From: an uncultured Verrucomicrobiae bacterium
GTDB lineage: Bacteria > Verrucomicrobiota > Verrucomicrobiia > Chthoniobacterales > UBA10450
DNA length: 64,000 bases
Assembly (NCBI GenBank): GCA_963834385.1
Contig: CAWIBO010000005.1
Span: 544,001 to 608,000 of the forward strand
Direction: 5' to 3'
The notes beneath the pieces were generated by a model. That model was not told the DNA's origin, ran no database searches, and saw only the letters and a list, made by a program, of their open reading frames with translations. Position 1 is the first letter of the stretch, and the number at the start of each line of letters is the position of its first letter. The translations under genes and the position numbers were made by a program. Of this stretch, positions 37,648-50,500 are shown one piece after another.

Positions 37648-38514
37648 CTAGAGGCGCCCCAGCGAAATCAGGATCAGCAGGACCAGGCCGAGCACGATCC
37701 GGTAGATCGCGAAGGGGGTGAATCCGCGGGCGCGCACCCAACGCATGAACCACGCCACCACCGCCAGCGCAACGATAAAAGAAACAACAAACCCGATCCC
37801 GAGGACGATCCAGCGATGGGTCGTCATGACCAGCGGCACCAGGTCGGCGTCGGCCGCGTTCCGCGAGGGCAGCACCGCCTTGAGCAGGTCGTAGCTCGTC
37901 GCCACCACCATCGTGGGGATCGAGACAAAAAAGGAGAACTCGAGCGCGGCCGCCCGCGAGAGCCCGGCCACCTGCCCGGCCGCAATCGTGGACATCGAGC
38001 GGGAGGTGCCCGGGAAAACCGCGGAAAGAATCTGGACGACGCCGATCCAGACCGCCTGCGGCAGGGTCATCTGCTCCATGCGGTTGGTGCGCGGCCGGGT
38101 GAAATACCAGTCGACCGCCCACATGATCACACCGCCCACGAGCAGCGCCCACGCCATGATGGTAAGGCTCTCGAGGTTCTGGCCGATCTGCCGTTTAAGC
38201 AGGAAAACCGGGAAGGCGGTGACGACAAACGCAATCATCACCAGGCTGAGCGGATGGGTGAAGAGGGTGCGGTCCCCGTTCTCGCCCCGCGGAAAGGTGC
38301 GGACGAACTGCCAGAGCCGGTCGCCGAAATAGACAAAGAGGGAGAGGATCGCGCCCAGCTGGATGACGATGGTGTACATCTTCCAGAAGTTGTCCTGCAG
38401 GTCGATGTGCAGCAGCGCCTCGACAATGCGCAGGTGCGCCGTCGAGCTGATCGGAAGAAATTCAGTCAGTCCCTCGATGATCCCGAGCAGGACGGAAAGC
38501 AGATAATCTCTCAT
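37648..38514 (-). CDS. uppP: Undecaprenyl-diphosphate phosphatase (BacA)
   Basis: LGIIEGLTEFLPISSTAH, IQLGAIL, PGTSRSMSTI, EFSFF, FAIYRI. Confidence 0.95.
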   Translation of the reverse strand: MRDYLLSVLLGIIEGLTEFLPISSTAHLRIVEALLHIDLQDNFWKMYTIVIQLGAILSLFVYFGDRLWQFVRTFPRGENGDRTLFTHPLSLVMIAFVVTAFPVFLLKRQIGQNLESLTIMAWALLVGGVIMWAVDWYFTRPRTNRMEQMTLPQAVWIGVVQILSAVFPGTSRSMSTIAAGQVAGLSRAAALEFSFFVSIPTMVVATSYDLLKAVLPSRNAADADLVPLVMTTHRWIVLGIGFVVSFIVALAVVAWFMRWVRARGFTPFAIYRIVLGLVLLILISLGRL

Positions 38515-38538
38515 CTCCGCAACAGAAAGGGCCGGGCT

Positions 38539-38886
<348 letters not shown>

Positions 38887-38922
38887 TTAGAACCCGGTGG
38901 TTAAAGCGCAAGCTCGCCCGGT

Positions 38923-39919
38923 TCAGCCGCCGCCCGGCCTCTCGCCCAGCGCGTCCATTTCCGCCGCCACCATCTCCGCCACCAAGGTGCGAAAATCGCC
39001 CGCCGGACGCCAGCCCAGTGTTTCCCGGATCTTCTTCGCGGAACCCACCAGCGTCGCCGGGTCGGCCGGCCGATCAAAGGCCGGATCACGGCGCACATGA
39101 TCCCGCCAGTTCAGCTTCACCGCCGCGAAGGCGGCCTCGACAAATTCCTGGACGGAATGCGTTTCCCCCGTGGCCACCACATAATCGTCCGGGGTGTCGT
39201 GCTGCAGCATCAGCCACATCGCCTGCACGTAATCCTGTGCCCGCCCCCAGTCGCGCCGCGCTTCGGTGTTGCCCAGGACTCAGCTCCCGCTCCAGCCCCC
39301 GCGCAATCCGCGCCGCCCCCCGCGCAATCTTCCGGGTAACAAAATTCTCACCGCGGCGCGGCGACTCGTGGTTGTAGAGAATGCCGTTGCAGACAAAAAG
39401 GCCGTAGGACTCCCGGTAAACGCGCACGAGGTTGGTGGCAAAGGCCTTGGCACAACCGTAGGGGCTCGCCGGGCGCATCGGCGTTTCCTCCGTCTGCGGC
39501 GATTCCGTGGCGTGCCCGAAAATCTCGGAGCTGGAGGCATGGTAAAACCGGACCGGTTGCGGCTGGTCGCGCGTGATCTCGAGCAGGCGCAGGGTGGCCA
39601 TGCCGATCTCGTCGCAGGTCGATTCCGGAATTTCAAAGCTGAGGCCGACGTGACTTTGCCCGGCCAAATGATAAACCTCGCCCGGCTTCACCTCGGCAAA
39701 GATCCGGCGCATGGTGGTGCCATCCGAGAGATCGCCGTAGTGCAGCGACAACTGATGGGCGCTGTCGATTTCCCGCAGATGTTCGATGCGCGACCGGAGG
39801 AGGTTGCTGGTTCGCCGCACAATGCCGTGCACCGCGTAGCCCTTTTCCAGGAGCAACTCGGCCAGGTAAGAGCCATCCTGACCCGTGATCCCGGTAATCA
39901 ATGCAACCTTCGACGCCAT
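38923..39919 (-). CDS. gmd: GDP-mannose 4,6-dehydratase; frameshift near 39280
   Basis: ALITGITGQDGSYLAE, QSHV..SF, PASPYGCAK, NHESPRRGENFVTRKI, DDYVVATG. Confidence 0.93.
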
Positions 39920-39999
39920 CCGGCCCCATCAACCACTGTGATCACCCGCGAGACAAGCGCGAAGTTCGGCCGTTCCCCTCCCTCCTACTGCTCCGAATA

Positions 40000-40531
40000 G
40001 ACAGGATTAACAGGATGAACAGGATTCGAACAAGTCTTGTGCGTTCTCCGCCCTTCCACTGTCAGCTTTTCAGTTGTCAGCGTTTCAGCATTTTCCGTCA
40101 CGTGATCAGTGATCCGCGACCAGTGATCAGCTTCTCCCCGCCATCCTCCATCCTCGATTCTCCATCCTCCATCCTCGTTCCCCCTCCCCCGGTAGGGCGA
40201 GACTCCGTCGAGCCTGGGAGCAGGCCCGGAAGTTCACCACAGAGATCGCAGAGGGCACAGAGGAAAGTGAGGGGTGTGTGAAGACAGGATGAACAGGATT
40301 AGAGGAGGCTCCGGCGGCCGAGGGCCGCTTCCCTCTGTCAGCGTTTCAGCTTCCTCTTCACGCTCCGTGCCTCCGCGCCCCAATCCTCCATCTCCTATCT
40401 CCAGGATGAACAGGATTAGAGGAAGGCTCCCGCGGCCGAGGGCCGCCCTTGTCAGCGTTTCAGCTTTCCCCCCCCGTGATCCGTGATCGGTAATCAGTGA
40501 TCAGCCTCAATACCGTCAGACCATTCACGAT

Positions 40532-40550
<19 letters not shown>
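40000..40550. repeat. Mosaic of at least 6 short tandem-repeat families plus a GTAG REP
   Basis: ACAGGATTA-type 9-mers (40000, 40283, 40402); TCAGCTTT 8-mers (40061, ~40336, ~40451); GTGATCA (40102, 40476); CCATCCT (40141); REP (40191); CACAGAG-containing 9-mers (40235); ACCATTC (40520). Confidence 0.9.
40191..40214 (+). repeat. GTAG-type REP-like palindrome, copy 1 of 3
   Basis: GGTAGGGCGAGACTCCGTCGAGCC, identical at 45993 and 47262. Confidence 0.85.
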
Positions 40551-41656
<1,106 letters not shown>

Positions 41657-41718
41657 CTCCGCGCACCTGTGTAATTCGGCATTTCAGCTTTGCTCTCTTT
41701 GGGCTACGATAGCCCTCC

Positions 41719-43497
41719 TTGTCGAGCCGATCGCACTTATCTCTGCCCGCTGGCGAGGCCCCCCGCAAGTTGCTTCCGGGCGCCCTGGCCCTGGTCGCCC
41801 TCGCTTTCCTCTGGTTTATCCTCATCCGTCACCTCAGCAATGAATGGTCGGTGAACGAGCAATACGGCTACGGCTGGTTTGTCCCGTTCTTCGCCGCCTT
41901 CCTTTTCTGGCTGCGCTGGGAAGATCGCCGCCGCCCCTTCCCCTCCTGCTCTTGCTCCTGATCCTGCTCCTGCTCCTGATCCTGCTTCTCCTCGCGATCG
42001 TGCTCCTGCTCGTGCTCGTGCTCGTAATCCTGCTTCTGCTCCACCATTCACGATTCACCATTCACGATTCACGCTCCTGCTCCCCGCGGCCGCGGCCGCG
42101 CTGCTCCTGCCGGTCCGCGTTTTCGAGATCGGCAACCCCGATTGGCGCCCGCTCGGCTGGGTTCACGCCGCCATCGTCGTCGGGCTCACGCTCGCTTTCA
42201 TCCACTCGATCGGCGGCCGGTCCTGGCTTCGGCACTTCGCTTTCCCCGTTCTTTTCTTCCTCATCGCGGTGCCGTGGATCACGCCGGTGGAAGCGCCCGT
42301 GGTCCAGGGTCTCATGCGCATCGTCGCAATTGTCTCCACCGAAGTCGTCACGCTGCTCGGCATCCCCGCCCAGCTCGAGGGCAGCCTCATCCGCATCCAA
42401 AATGGCCTCGTCGGCGTCAACGAAGCCTGCAGCGGCGTGCGCTCTCTCCAGACCTCGCTCATGATCGGCCTTCTCTTTGGCGAACTGAAACGGTTCACCG
42501 TCGGTCGTCGGCTCGGACTGATCGTGGGAGCCGTCGTCATCGCCATGATCTTCAATTTCCTGCGCGCGATTATCCTGGTCTGGCTGTCCGCCACAAGAGG
42601 GGCGGAGGTGGCCAATTCCTGGCATGACGCACTCGGCTACGCCATCGTCGGCGGCGTTTTCCTTGGCACCATGGCCCTCGCCGCCGCCTTCGGACGCTCC
42701 AAAACCCCAATCGAAAATCGAGAATCGAAAATCGAAAATCCGTCACCATTCACGGCCCTGACCGCGACGCCGGCCGTCGCCGCCCTCCTCTGGCTCGTGG
42801 CCGTCGAGTTCGGCGCCGCCGCCTGGTATCGCGCCAGCGAAACCGATCTGGTCGCGCGCGAAAGCTGGACCGTGCAACAACCGACCGACGCTCCCGGTTT
42901 TCGCCCGATCGAGATCGACGATCAGGTTCGCCAAACCCTCCGTTACGACTCACGGCTGGCAGGTCGCCTGGACCGGTCCGATCCCCACCGATAACGGACA
43001 ACCGATCACCGATCACCACCGGAAACTCGCTCCGAGTTTCCAGCTCTTCTATCTTCCGCTGGGAACCCGGCACTTCCACCATCCTGCGGGCGCGGGCGCA
43101 TCGCCCGGATGTTTGTCTGCCGAACGTCGGCTGGCGCGAAGCGGCCGACCACGGCATCCGCTTTTACCAGGTGGGCGGCGGCCTCTCTCTTCCGTTCCGG
43201 CATTTCACCTTTGTCCGCGATCTGCCAGGGCGACGCGCACTCCAGGCCGAGGCTTTCTTTTGCATTTACGAAGACCGGGTCCGCCCCTCTTTGCAAACCA
43301 GCGCGGCCGACCTGACCGCCGGCGATGTGGGCGGGTGGATGCCGGCCGAACGGTTCCGCGTGGTCCGCGAAGGCCTGCGCAACCCCGGCCAGCAGGTAAT
43401 GGAATTGGTCATGCTCACGCCTGATGCCCTTTCGCCCGCCGACGCCCAGACACGCTTCGCCGAGATGCTCCCAAGCCTTGTCCAGACCAGCCGCTGA
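41719..43497 (+). CDS. Exosortase/archaeosortase family protein with C-terminal EpsI-like domain; several frameshifts and repeat-derived loops
   Basis: W..NEQY.YGWFVP, multiple TMs, NEACSGVRSL (Cys), N.LR (Arg), WHD (His); C-terminal HRPDVCLP..GW. Confidence 0.88.
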
Positions 43498-43527
43498 CCA
43501 TTTTCCGCCCGCCTCCGCCGAACAGAG

Positions 43528-43772
43528 GACAGGATTAACAAGATTAACAGGATGGGATTGCTGGCTCTTCCGTCTCCCTAAGAATCCTGTCCATCCTGTA
43601 AATCCTGTCCAAATTCGACCTCCGGGAACCGCAAGCGCCGCCGCGTGCCCGTATCGACGCGCCGCGAAAAACGCCCTGCCAGGGAACTCAGAAAGACAGG
43701 ATTAACAAGTTTAACAGGATTTGCTGGCTCATCCGTCTCCCAAAGAATCCTGTCCATCCTGTAAATCCTGTC
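43528..43772. repeat. Two ~80-bp hairpin elements with inverted 9-mer repeat arms
   Basis: GACAGGATTAACAAG(A/T)TTAACAGGAT-[TGCTGGCTC..CCGTCTCCC]-AATCCTGTCCATCCTGTAAATCCTGTC at 43528-43609 and 43695-43772. Confidence 0.92.
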
Positions 43773-43847
43773 TAAAAAACTCATCACCCCGCTCGCTGCT
43801 TTGGCTTACCATCACAGAACCACCACCGCCTGATGCCCAGCGATTTC

Positions 43848-45900
43848 ATGATGACGCCGGAAGAGCTCCGGCTGCGCACCCGCAAACGCCGCCGCCTTTT
43901 CCTGATCCTCGGAATCGGCCTCGCGCTCGGGCTCATCATCTTTTTCGCTGCCCGCCCGACCGGTCGCGCCATCAAATCCTGGCAGGCCCGACGTCACGCC
44001 GAGAAAGCCTTTGCCTATCTCGACCAGGAGAAATGGGAGGAGGCGAAAAACTCGGCCGTGTCCGCCTATCAGCTTTCACGCAACGAGCCGCAGGCGATCC
44101 GCGCCATTGCACGGCTGCTTTCCCGGACCCGACAGGCGGAGGCACTCGAATTCTGGAAGCAGTTTCGCGCCGACAACAAGATGTCCGCCGACGATCTCCG
44201 CGACGAGGCAAGCATTGCGCTTCTGGCCGGGATCACGCCGCGGGCCGAAACCGCTATGATCGAGCTGCTGGCCCTGCCCCAGCCGGAACCACGCGACCAT
44301 CTGCTGGCCGCCCAGCTTGCGGCCCAGAAAGGATCGGCCGCCGAAGCCACCGCCGCGATCGACCAAGTCCTCGCCCATCCCAAAACCGACGAACGCGAAC
44401 GTCTCCAGGCCGCCATCCTCCTTCTCGGCGGTCGCGCCCAACGAAGAAACCCGCCAGCGAGCCTGGTCAGAGATCGAGAAGATCGGCCAGGGCCAGACCG
44501 CCCCCGCCCTCGACGCCCTCGTCCTCCTCGCGCAGCGCGCCATCTCCTCGCCGACTCCCCCCAATAACCAACAACCAATAACCAATAACCGCGCCGCCCC
44601 CGGCGCCACCCCCAATAACCAACAACCGATAACCGATAACCGCGCCGCAGGCGCCACCCCCAATAACCAACAACCAGTAACCAATAACCGCGCCGCCCCC
44701 GGCGCCACCGCCCTCGCCCAGGCCCTCACCGCTCATCCCCTCGCCGGCGCCTCGCAAAAACTCATCGCGCGCGACCTGATCATTCGCGACGCGCCCGACC
44801 AGCGGGAGACGATGATCACCGAAGCGATCGCCGAATGGAAACAGGGCAGCCCCGCTGACCTGGCGGCGCTCGCCATGTGGCTCAACGGCAAACAGGAGCA
44901 CGACCGGCTCCTGGAGATCGTTCCGCTCGAGACGGCGCTCCGGTCGCGCGAGCTTTATCTTCAATACCTGGACGCGCTCGGGCGCACTCGGACGCTGGGG
45001 CGAGATCAAGACCCTTCTCGAGGCCGAACGTTTCCCGCTCGATCCCGTGGTGCAGTTCATGTATCTGGCCCGGGCCACGACGCAGCTCGGTGAAAAGACC
45101 GCCGCGGAGAATAGCTGGCTGCGCGCGCTCGACGCCGCTCACGGCAATCCCGGCAAACTCATGAGCGTGGCCGCTTACGCCGAAAAGAACGGGATGATCG
45201 CGGTGGCCGACCAGGCCTATGCGACCACAATCGCCGAGGCCCCGAAACTCCGCGCGGCCCATCAGGCGCGGCTCCGCCTGGCCCAGGGCGAGCGTGACAC
45301 GCGCAAGATGAACGAGACCCTGCGCGTCATGCTCGAGCATTGGCCAAACGATCCCGCCGTGCAGAACGACGAAGCGTATACGCGGTTGCTCCTGTTGGGA
45401 GCGAACCGCGAGGAGTCAGAAGCCGGAAGTCGGGAGTCGGCAGAGTCCGCAGCCGAAGCGGCTTCTCCAACAACCAATAACCAACAACCAATAACCAATA
45501 ACAGCGCCGTCCGGCGCCACCCCCCAAACTTCAATCTCCCATCTTCCATCTCCCGGCGAGGTCTCCTCGCCGTCGCCACCTCAACAACCAATAACGGATA
45601 ACGGAGAACTCGACCAAATCGCAGCCCTCGCTGAGCGCTTGGTCGCCTCCAACCCCACCAGCCTCCCGCATCGCACCCTCCTTGCGCTGGCCCGGCTGAA
45701 GCAAGGCCGCCCCGCCGACGCCCTTAAGGTTTACGAGAACATTCAGGTGCCGCCCGGGGCCCTGACCGCCTCCGCCCTGGCCGTCCACGCCGCCGTCCTG
45801 GCCGCAAACGGCAATCTCGACGAAGCCAGGACCGAAGCCGGCACCGCCGCCCGGTCCGCCCTGCTTGCCGGAAGAGCGCGCACTTCTGACTAACATTTAG
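43848..45900 (+). CDS. Membrane-anchored TPR-like protein of the exosortase locus; several frameshifts and repeat insertions
   Basis: Basic N-terminus + TM, Ala/Leu-rich helical repeats, WPNDPAVQND.AY; corrected end LLPEERALLTNI-stop at 45900. Confidence 0.75.
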
Positions 45901-45992
45901 CCCGGCTCGCAAAGGCATTTGTTCAAGGAAGCCGGGCGAATCTCCTCTTTGTCGACCCAGTCAATATTTGTGGACATTTTGGGCTCTCCCCC

Positions 45993-46329
45993 GGTAGGGC
46001 GAGACTCCGTCGAGCCTGGGATCGATAAGGGTGCAGACAGACAGGATTTACAGGATGAACAGGATTAGGTGAAGGCTCCCGCGGCCGAGGGCCGCTCCCC
46101 TTTCAGCTTTTCAGTTGTCAGCATTTCAGTTTTTGCCTTTAGGCTCCGCGCCCCACGCCCCATGCTCCGTGCCCGACCCTGTCAGCTTGTCAGCGTTTCA
46201 GCTTTTCAGCTTTTTTCTTCAAGCTCCCAGCCCCTGCTCCGCGCCCCTAGCTTCCAACTTCCATCTCCAATCTTCCGCGGCCGGCAGCCGCTCCCTTTCA
46301 GCTTTTCAGTTGTCAGCGTTTCAGCTTTT
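45993..46329. repeat. GTAG REP copy 2 plus repeat mosaic
   Basis: REP 45993-46016; ACAGGAT 9-mers at 46040; GGCTCCCGCGGCCGAGGGCCGC; three TCAGC 8-mer runs; CCATCTC-type 7-mers. Confidence 0.85.
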
Positions 46330-46345
46330 CTCTTAACTCCCAACA

Positions 46346-46678
46346 ATGTCCCGCGGCCAACACCTCATCGTTCTGCTCCTTTCCGCCGCCTGTCTCATCC
46401 TCGCGGTCGCTGCGCTCGCCACCGCCCGGTCTAATCAGGATCTGCAAACCGAGCTGCAAGCCCAGCAAACCGAGATCAACAAAGGCGTGCTCAGCCAGCA
46501 GATCGGGACCAATCTCATCCGCGACATTGCCGGGTCCGCCATTCAAAACGAGAACCTGCGCGCCCTGCTCGCGCGTCACGGCTTCACCATCCAGGAAACA
46601 CCGGGACCGGCCGCCGCGCCCGCAAACGCCGCCACCCCTTCGTCGACGCCTGGCACTCCGCCGCCGCGCCGCCGCTGA
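46346..46678 (+). CDS. Small TM + coiled-coil protein A1
   Basis: Clear paralog at 53735 (shared ELQAQQ.EINKG..SQ..G.NL.R...N.NL..LL.RHG); Pro-rich tail. Confidence 0.85.
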   Translation: MSRGQHLIVLLLSAACLILAVAALATARSNQDLQTELQAQQTEINKGVLSQQIGTNLIRDIAGSAIQNENLRALLARHGFTIQETPGPAAAPANAATPSSTPGTPPPRRR

Positions 46679-47070
46679 TGATGCGCCCGCCCCAACACCT
46701 TCCCCCGCAGCCACACCGTGACCTCGCCCATGGACGATCCGCCGTTGTTCAATCCGCCCCGGTCCGAACCGCGTTTTGGCCGCTCTTTTTCATCTCCCTC
46801 ACCCTGATCACCGTGCTCGGCTGGGAACTGGCCATGGCCGGCCAGGCCCGGCGCACCGCCCAGCAACTGCGCACCCAGCAAAACAGCGTGGTCGAACAGT
46901 CACAGCAGGTTCAACTCGCCCTCGAAAAGCTGGCGCGCGACCTGGTCGAGCTCGGCAAAACCGACCCCGCCGCCCAAGCCTTGGTGACGAAGTACAATAT
47001 CAGCGTAACCGGCGTCCCCTCGTCGCCCGGCCACGGCGCCCTCCGCGACCCCTCAGTAGCGGCCGTGTAG
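46678..47070 (+). CDS. Small TM + coiled-coil protein B1
   Basis: Paralog at 54093 (shared AFWP, ALE.LARDLVELGKTDP.AQALVT). Confidence 0.85.
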   Translation: MMRPPQHLPPQPHRDLAHGRSAVVQSAPVRTAFWPLFFISLTLITVLGWELAMAGQARRTAQQLRTQQNSVVEQSQQVQLALEKLARDLVELGKTDPAAQALVTKYNISVTGVPSSPGHGALRDPSVAAV

Positions 47071-47097
47071 CGTCGGCCGTCCGCGTGTCCCCTCGGG

Positions 47098-47290
47098 AGA
47101 TCAGTGATCGGTGATCGGCGATCCGTAGTCGGAGATTAGCCCCTCCTGCTCCTGCTCTTGATTCCTGCCCTCTAAGGAGATCAGTGATCGGCGATCAGTT
47201 CCTCCCTTGGCTGCCGACCATTCACGGTTCACCATTCAACCATTCACGCACCCTTCCCCCCGGTAGGGCGAGACTCCGTCGAGCCTGGGA
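47098..47290. repeat. Repeat mosaic plus GTAG REP copy 3
   Basis: GTGATCG 7-mers (47098, 47177), CTCCTG 6-mers (47143), ACCATTC (47217), REP 47262-47285. Confidence 0.85.
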
Positions 47291-47430
47291 GCAAGCGTGG
47301 CTGCTCAGAGACAGAATCTTCAAAACTAACCCCCTTCTGCGCTGAAAGGTGACGTAATAGATTGCGAATATACCACTTACACGACTTCTTACGCGCGCAT
47401 AACTTTTCTCGGAAAATTGTGGAAATTCCT

Positions 47431-47459
47431 TTGACAGAAAACCGATAAACAGGTCTACT
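47431..47459 (+). promoter_or_regulatory. Putative sigma70 promoter for the PEP-CTERM gene
   Basis: TTGACA-17 nt-TCTACT in an AT-rich stretch about 95 nt upstream of the ATG. Confidence 0.4.
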
Positions 47460-47553
47460 GCGCCTCAGCTTTTCCACGTCCCCTTCCCCCCGCAGAACCT
47501 CTCCTCCCCCCAAGTCGCGAAATTCATCGCCCTTCGTTTGTACCTGATCCCCC

Positions 47554-50500
47554 ATGGATTCTGATCTCTCCTCGCGTCCACTAGACGAGCGCCAGCTCTC
47601 CACCAAAGGATTCACCATCCTTTGCATCGTCTTCCTCCTCCTCGCCGCCGCCGCGGCTTCGTATGGGCAGACATGGACCGGCGGAGGTTCCAGCGATGAT
47701 TGGGGCGATGGTGGTAACTGGTCCGGCGGTGCCCCCAGCTCATCAGGGAGCGCGATCCTAAACTTTGCAGGGACCGCGAGGCTGCAACCTTGGAACAACT
47801 ACGCGAACTACACCCAGTTTCAGTCGATCTTTTTCAATGCAGGTGCAGGGGCATTCACGCTGCGCGGGAATGCAATCAAGCTTTTCGGGAATATCCAAAA
47901 CGACAGTTCGAGCTTGCAAACAATCAACTTCGGATCGTCGGGCGAAGGTAAATGGGGCTTTGTTGGTGGAAATAATGCGGACAGACAATCGTTTCACCCT
48001 GAACAGCGGTAACATAACTGTTAGCCAGTCCATTTTCCTCGATAACGGGGCTGGCATCAATGTCTATGGCTCGAATCGTAACACGTTGACTCTGGATGCA
48101 GTGGTCTTTGACGGCATTGGCGCGAGCGGAGATTTCACAATCAATACCGATCAGCTTGTTATCTTCAATGCTGCGAATACGTATTCGGGACAAACACGCA
48201 TCAAAGCGGGTGAGTTGCGCCTTGGTAACAGCGGTGGGATCAAGAGCGGCACCACCTTCTTTCTGGGTAATTCATCCGGGTCAGCAAATGCTACGCTTAG
48301 CCTAAACGGCTCCAGCCAGACGATTTCGAACGCGGTGAATGTCGAGTCGGGGAATACCGGCACGATGACCGTTCAGTCTTTGAATAATTCGGGGACGAAC
48401 ACTCTTAGTGGGACGCTCACCTTGAATAAGGCGACAACAATTTCTGCGGTCTCCGGTGGCACGTTAGCAGTGAACACGATCACTGGTGTTAACACGAGCA
48501 ACACGCTGACCATTGGCGGAGCGGGAACGGTCAAGTTGGGTGGGACCGTCGACAACACCAATCTCAGCATCAATGCCGCGAGTGGAACATTGATTCTGGA
48601 AAAAACGAGCAGCGGACCCGGCGGGCTCGTCGCAGGCGTTCGTTCGCTGGGCGGCACTCTGACGCTTTCCGGGGGAACCGTCCAGATCGGCGGCACCGGA
48701 CAGGGCGGGAGCACGACCAACGTCGACCAAATCTATAACGGGGCGGACGTAGTGGTGAACAGTGGCACCCTTGATCTGAATGGACGCAACGAGACGATCA
48801 ACGGCTTCAGCGGGACGGGCGGGTATGTGACCAACAATGCCACCGGAACCAGCACCCTTACGGTCGGGTTTGATGGCGCTACTGGCACCTTCGCTGGCAC
48901 AATCCAGGACGGCGGCAGCGGCAAAGTCCTTGCCCTGACAAAGACCGGCAGCGGCACGGTTACTCTCTCGAACACGACCAACACTTACACCGGCGGCACC
49001 GTAGTTTCCGGCGGCCTCGTGGCTATCCGAGAAGGTACAAGCTGGGGGCGTCGCCAGGATCGTTTCAGGCAGCAAACGTCACGTTGAATGGCGGCGGATT
49101 GACCGTCGATTGGACTGCGACGTATGCCGTTGCGTTGCAGACGAACCGGGGTGTTACAATCGGCTCAGGCGGCGGGTCCGTAGGTGCCGGCACCGCCCAC
49201 AGTTCGTCACTAACAATCAACGGTGCCATCGTGAATAACGCCGGCGCCGGCCAGTCTTTCTTCCTCGGGGGCACCAACGCTATCACCATCGGCGGCGCCA
49301 TTTCTGGTTCCGGTCTTGTCCAGGTAAATGGCAGCAACGTCGCCTTCAGCGGAACGAACACTAATTCTGGTGGAACGCAGATCGATAGCGGGGCGCTGCT
49401 AAAGATGAATGGCGGGCAGCTTCAGTCGACAACGGTCGGCTCGCTGGCTGCGAATGGCACGTTTGATCTGAATGGCACGTCTCAGACTGTCGCCGGCCTG
49501 ACGGGAGCAAGTAGCGGCAGTATCCGAAATAACAATGGCACCGCAGGTTCGCTGACGATAAGCGTCGCCACTGGGAACAATACGTTCAACGGCACAATCG
49601 GTAACACAGGCCAAAATGATCTAAGCCTCACGAAAGGGGGGAGCGGCACCCTCTCTCTCACCGGAGTCAATACGTTCACTGGTGGGATCGTAGTGAACGG
49701 CGGGACCCTTTCCGTAAACTCGAATAGCGCGCTTGGCGATACAGCAGGCGTCGTTACTCTGAACGACGGGGCCACGTTCAACAACACTGCGATTGTGAGC
49801 ACCGCCAACGGTATGCGCCTCTTTACAATCACGAATGCTGCCAATGCTACCATCACTTTCAACACCGGAGCGGACTGGAGTTTTGCCTCTAGCGGGACGC
49901 GTGGGATCAGTGGCGGCTCTTCTACCACAACTCTGATCAAAACGGGCGCTGGTACGCTCACCATCAACAACAACTCCCAGTCCCTGACCGGCAACTGGCG
50001 GATCGATCAGGGGACACTTTCGAATTCCTTCGCGAACGCTAATTCATTGGGCACGGGCAACGTGACGCTAAACGGCGGCACGTTTCTAATGAGTTCCTCA
50101 CTGTCGAGAACTGCCGATCGGATTTTCACCTTCAACAATGTCGCGGGCAACGTCATGGACGTGGCCACGAGCGGCATATTCGTCTTTGACGTGGCGAATC
50201 GACTTACAGGCGCAGGTGGGTTCTCGAAGACTGGCAATGGCACACTCCAGATCGCTGCCGGGCAAAATTATGCCGGCACTACCCAAATCACTGGTGGCGT
50301 GATCTCGATAACAGGCGCGGGCAGCATCGCCAACGGAGCGTCCGGTTCCCGTGTGAATATATCGTCTGGTGCGCAACTCGACATCAGTGGCAGCACGTCG
50401 GGAGCGAGTGTCTCAATTATTTCGGAAACCGGCGGGACCAACGGGGGTGCAGTGAAGCTTGGGGCGCGAACCCTCACGATGAACGGAGGAGCGGCGAGCA

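Noticed and set aside
43528..43772. CRISPR array (also considered at 35060-35268 and 44558-44710)
   Set aside because: Only 2-3 units, internally periodic or REP-like, with non-unique spacers and no cas genes.
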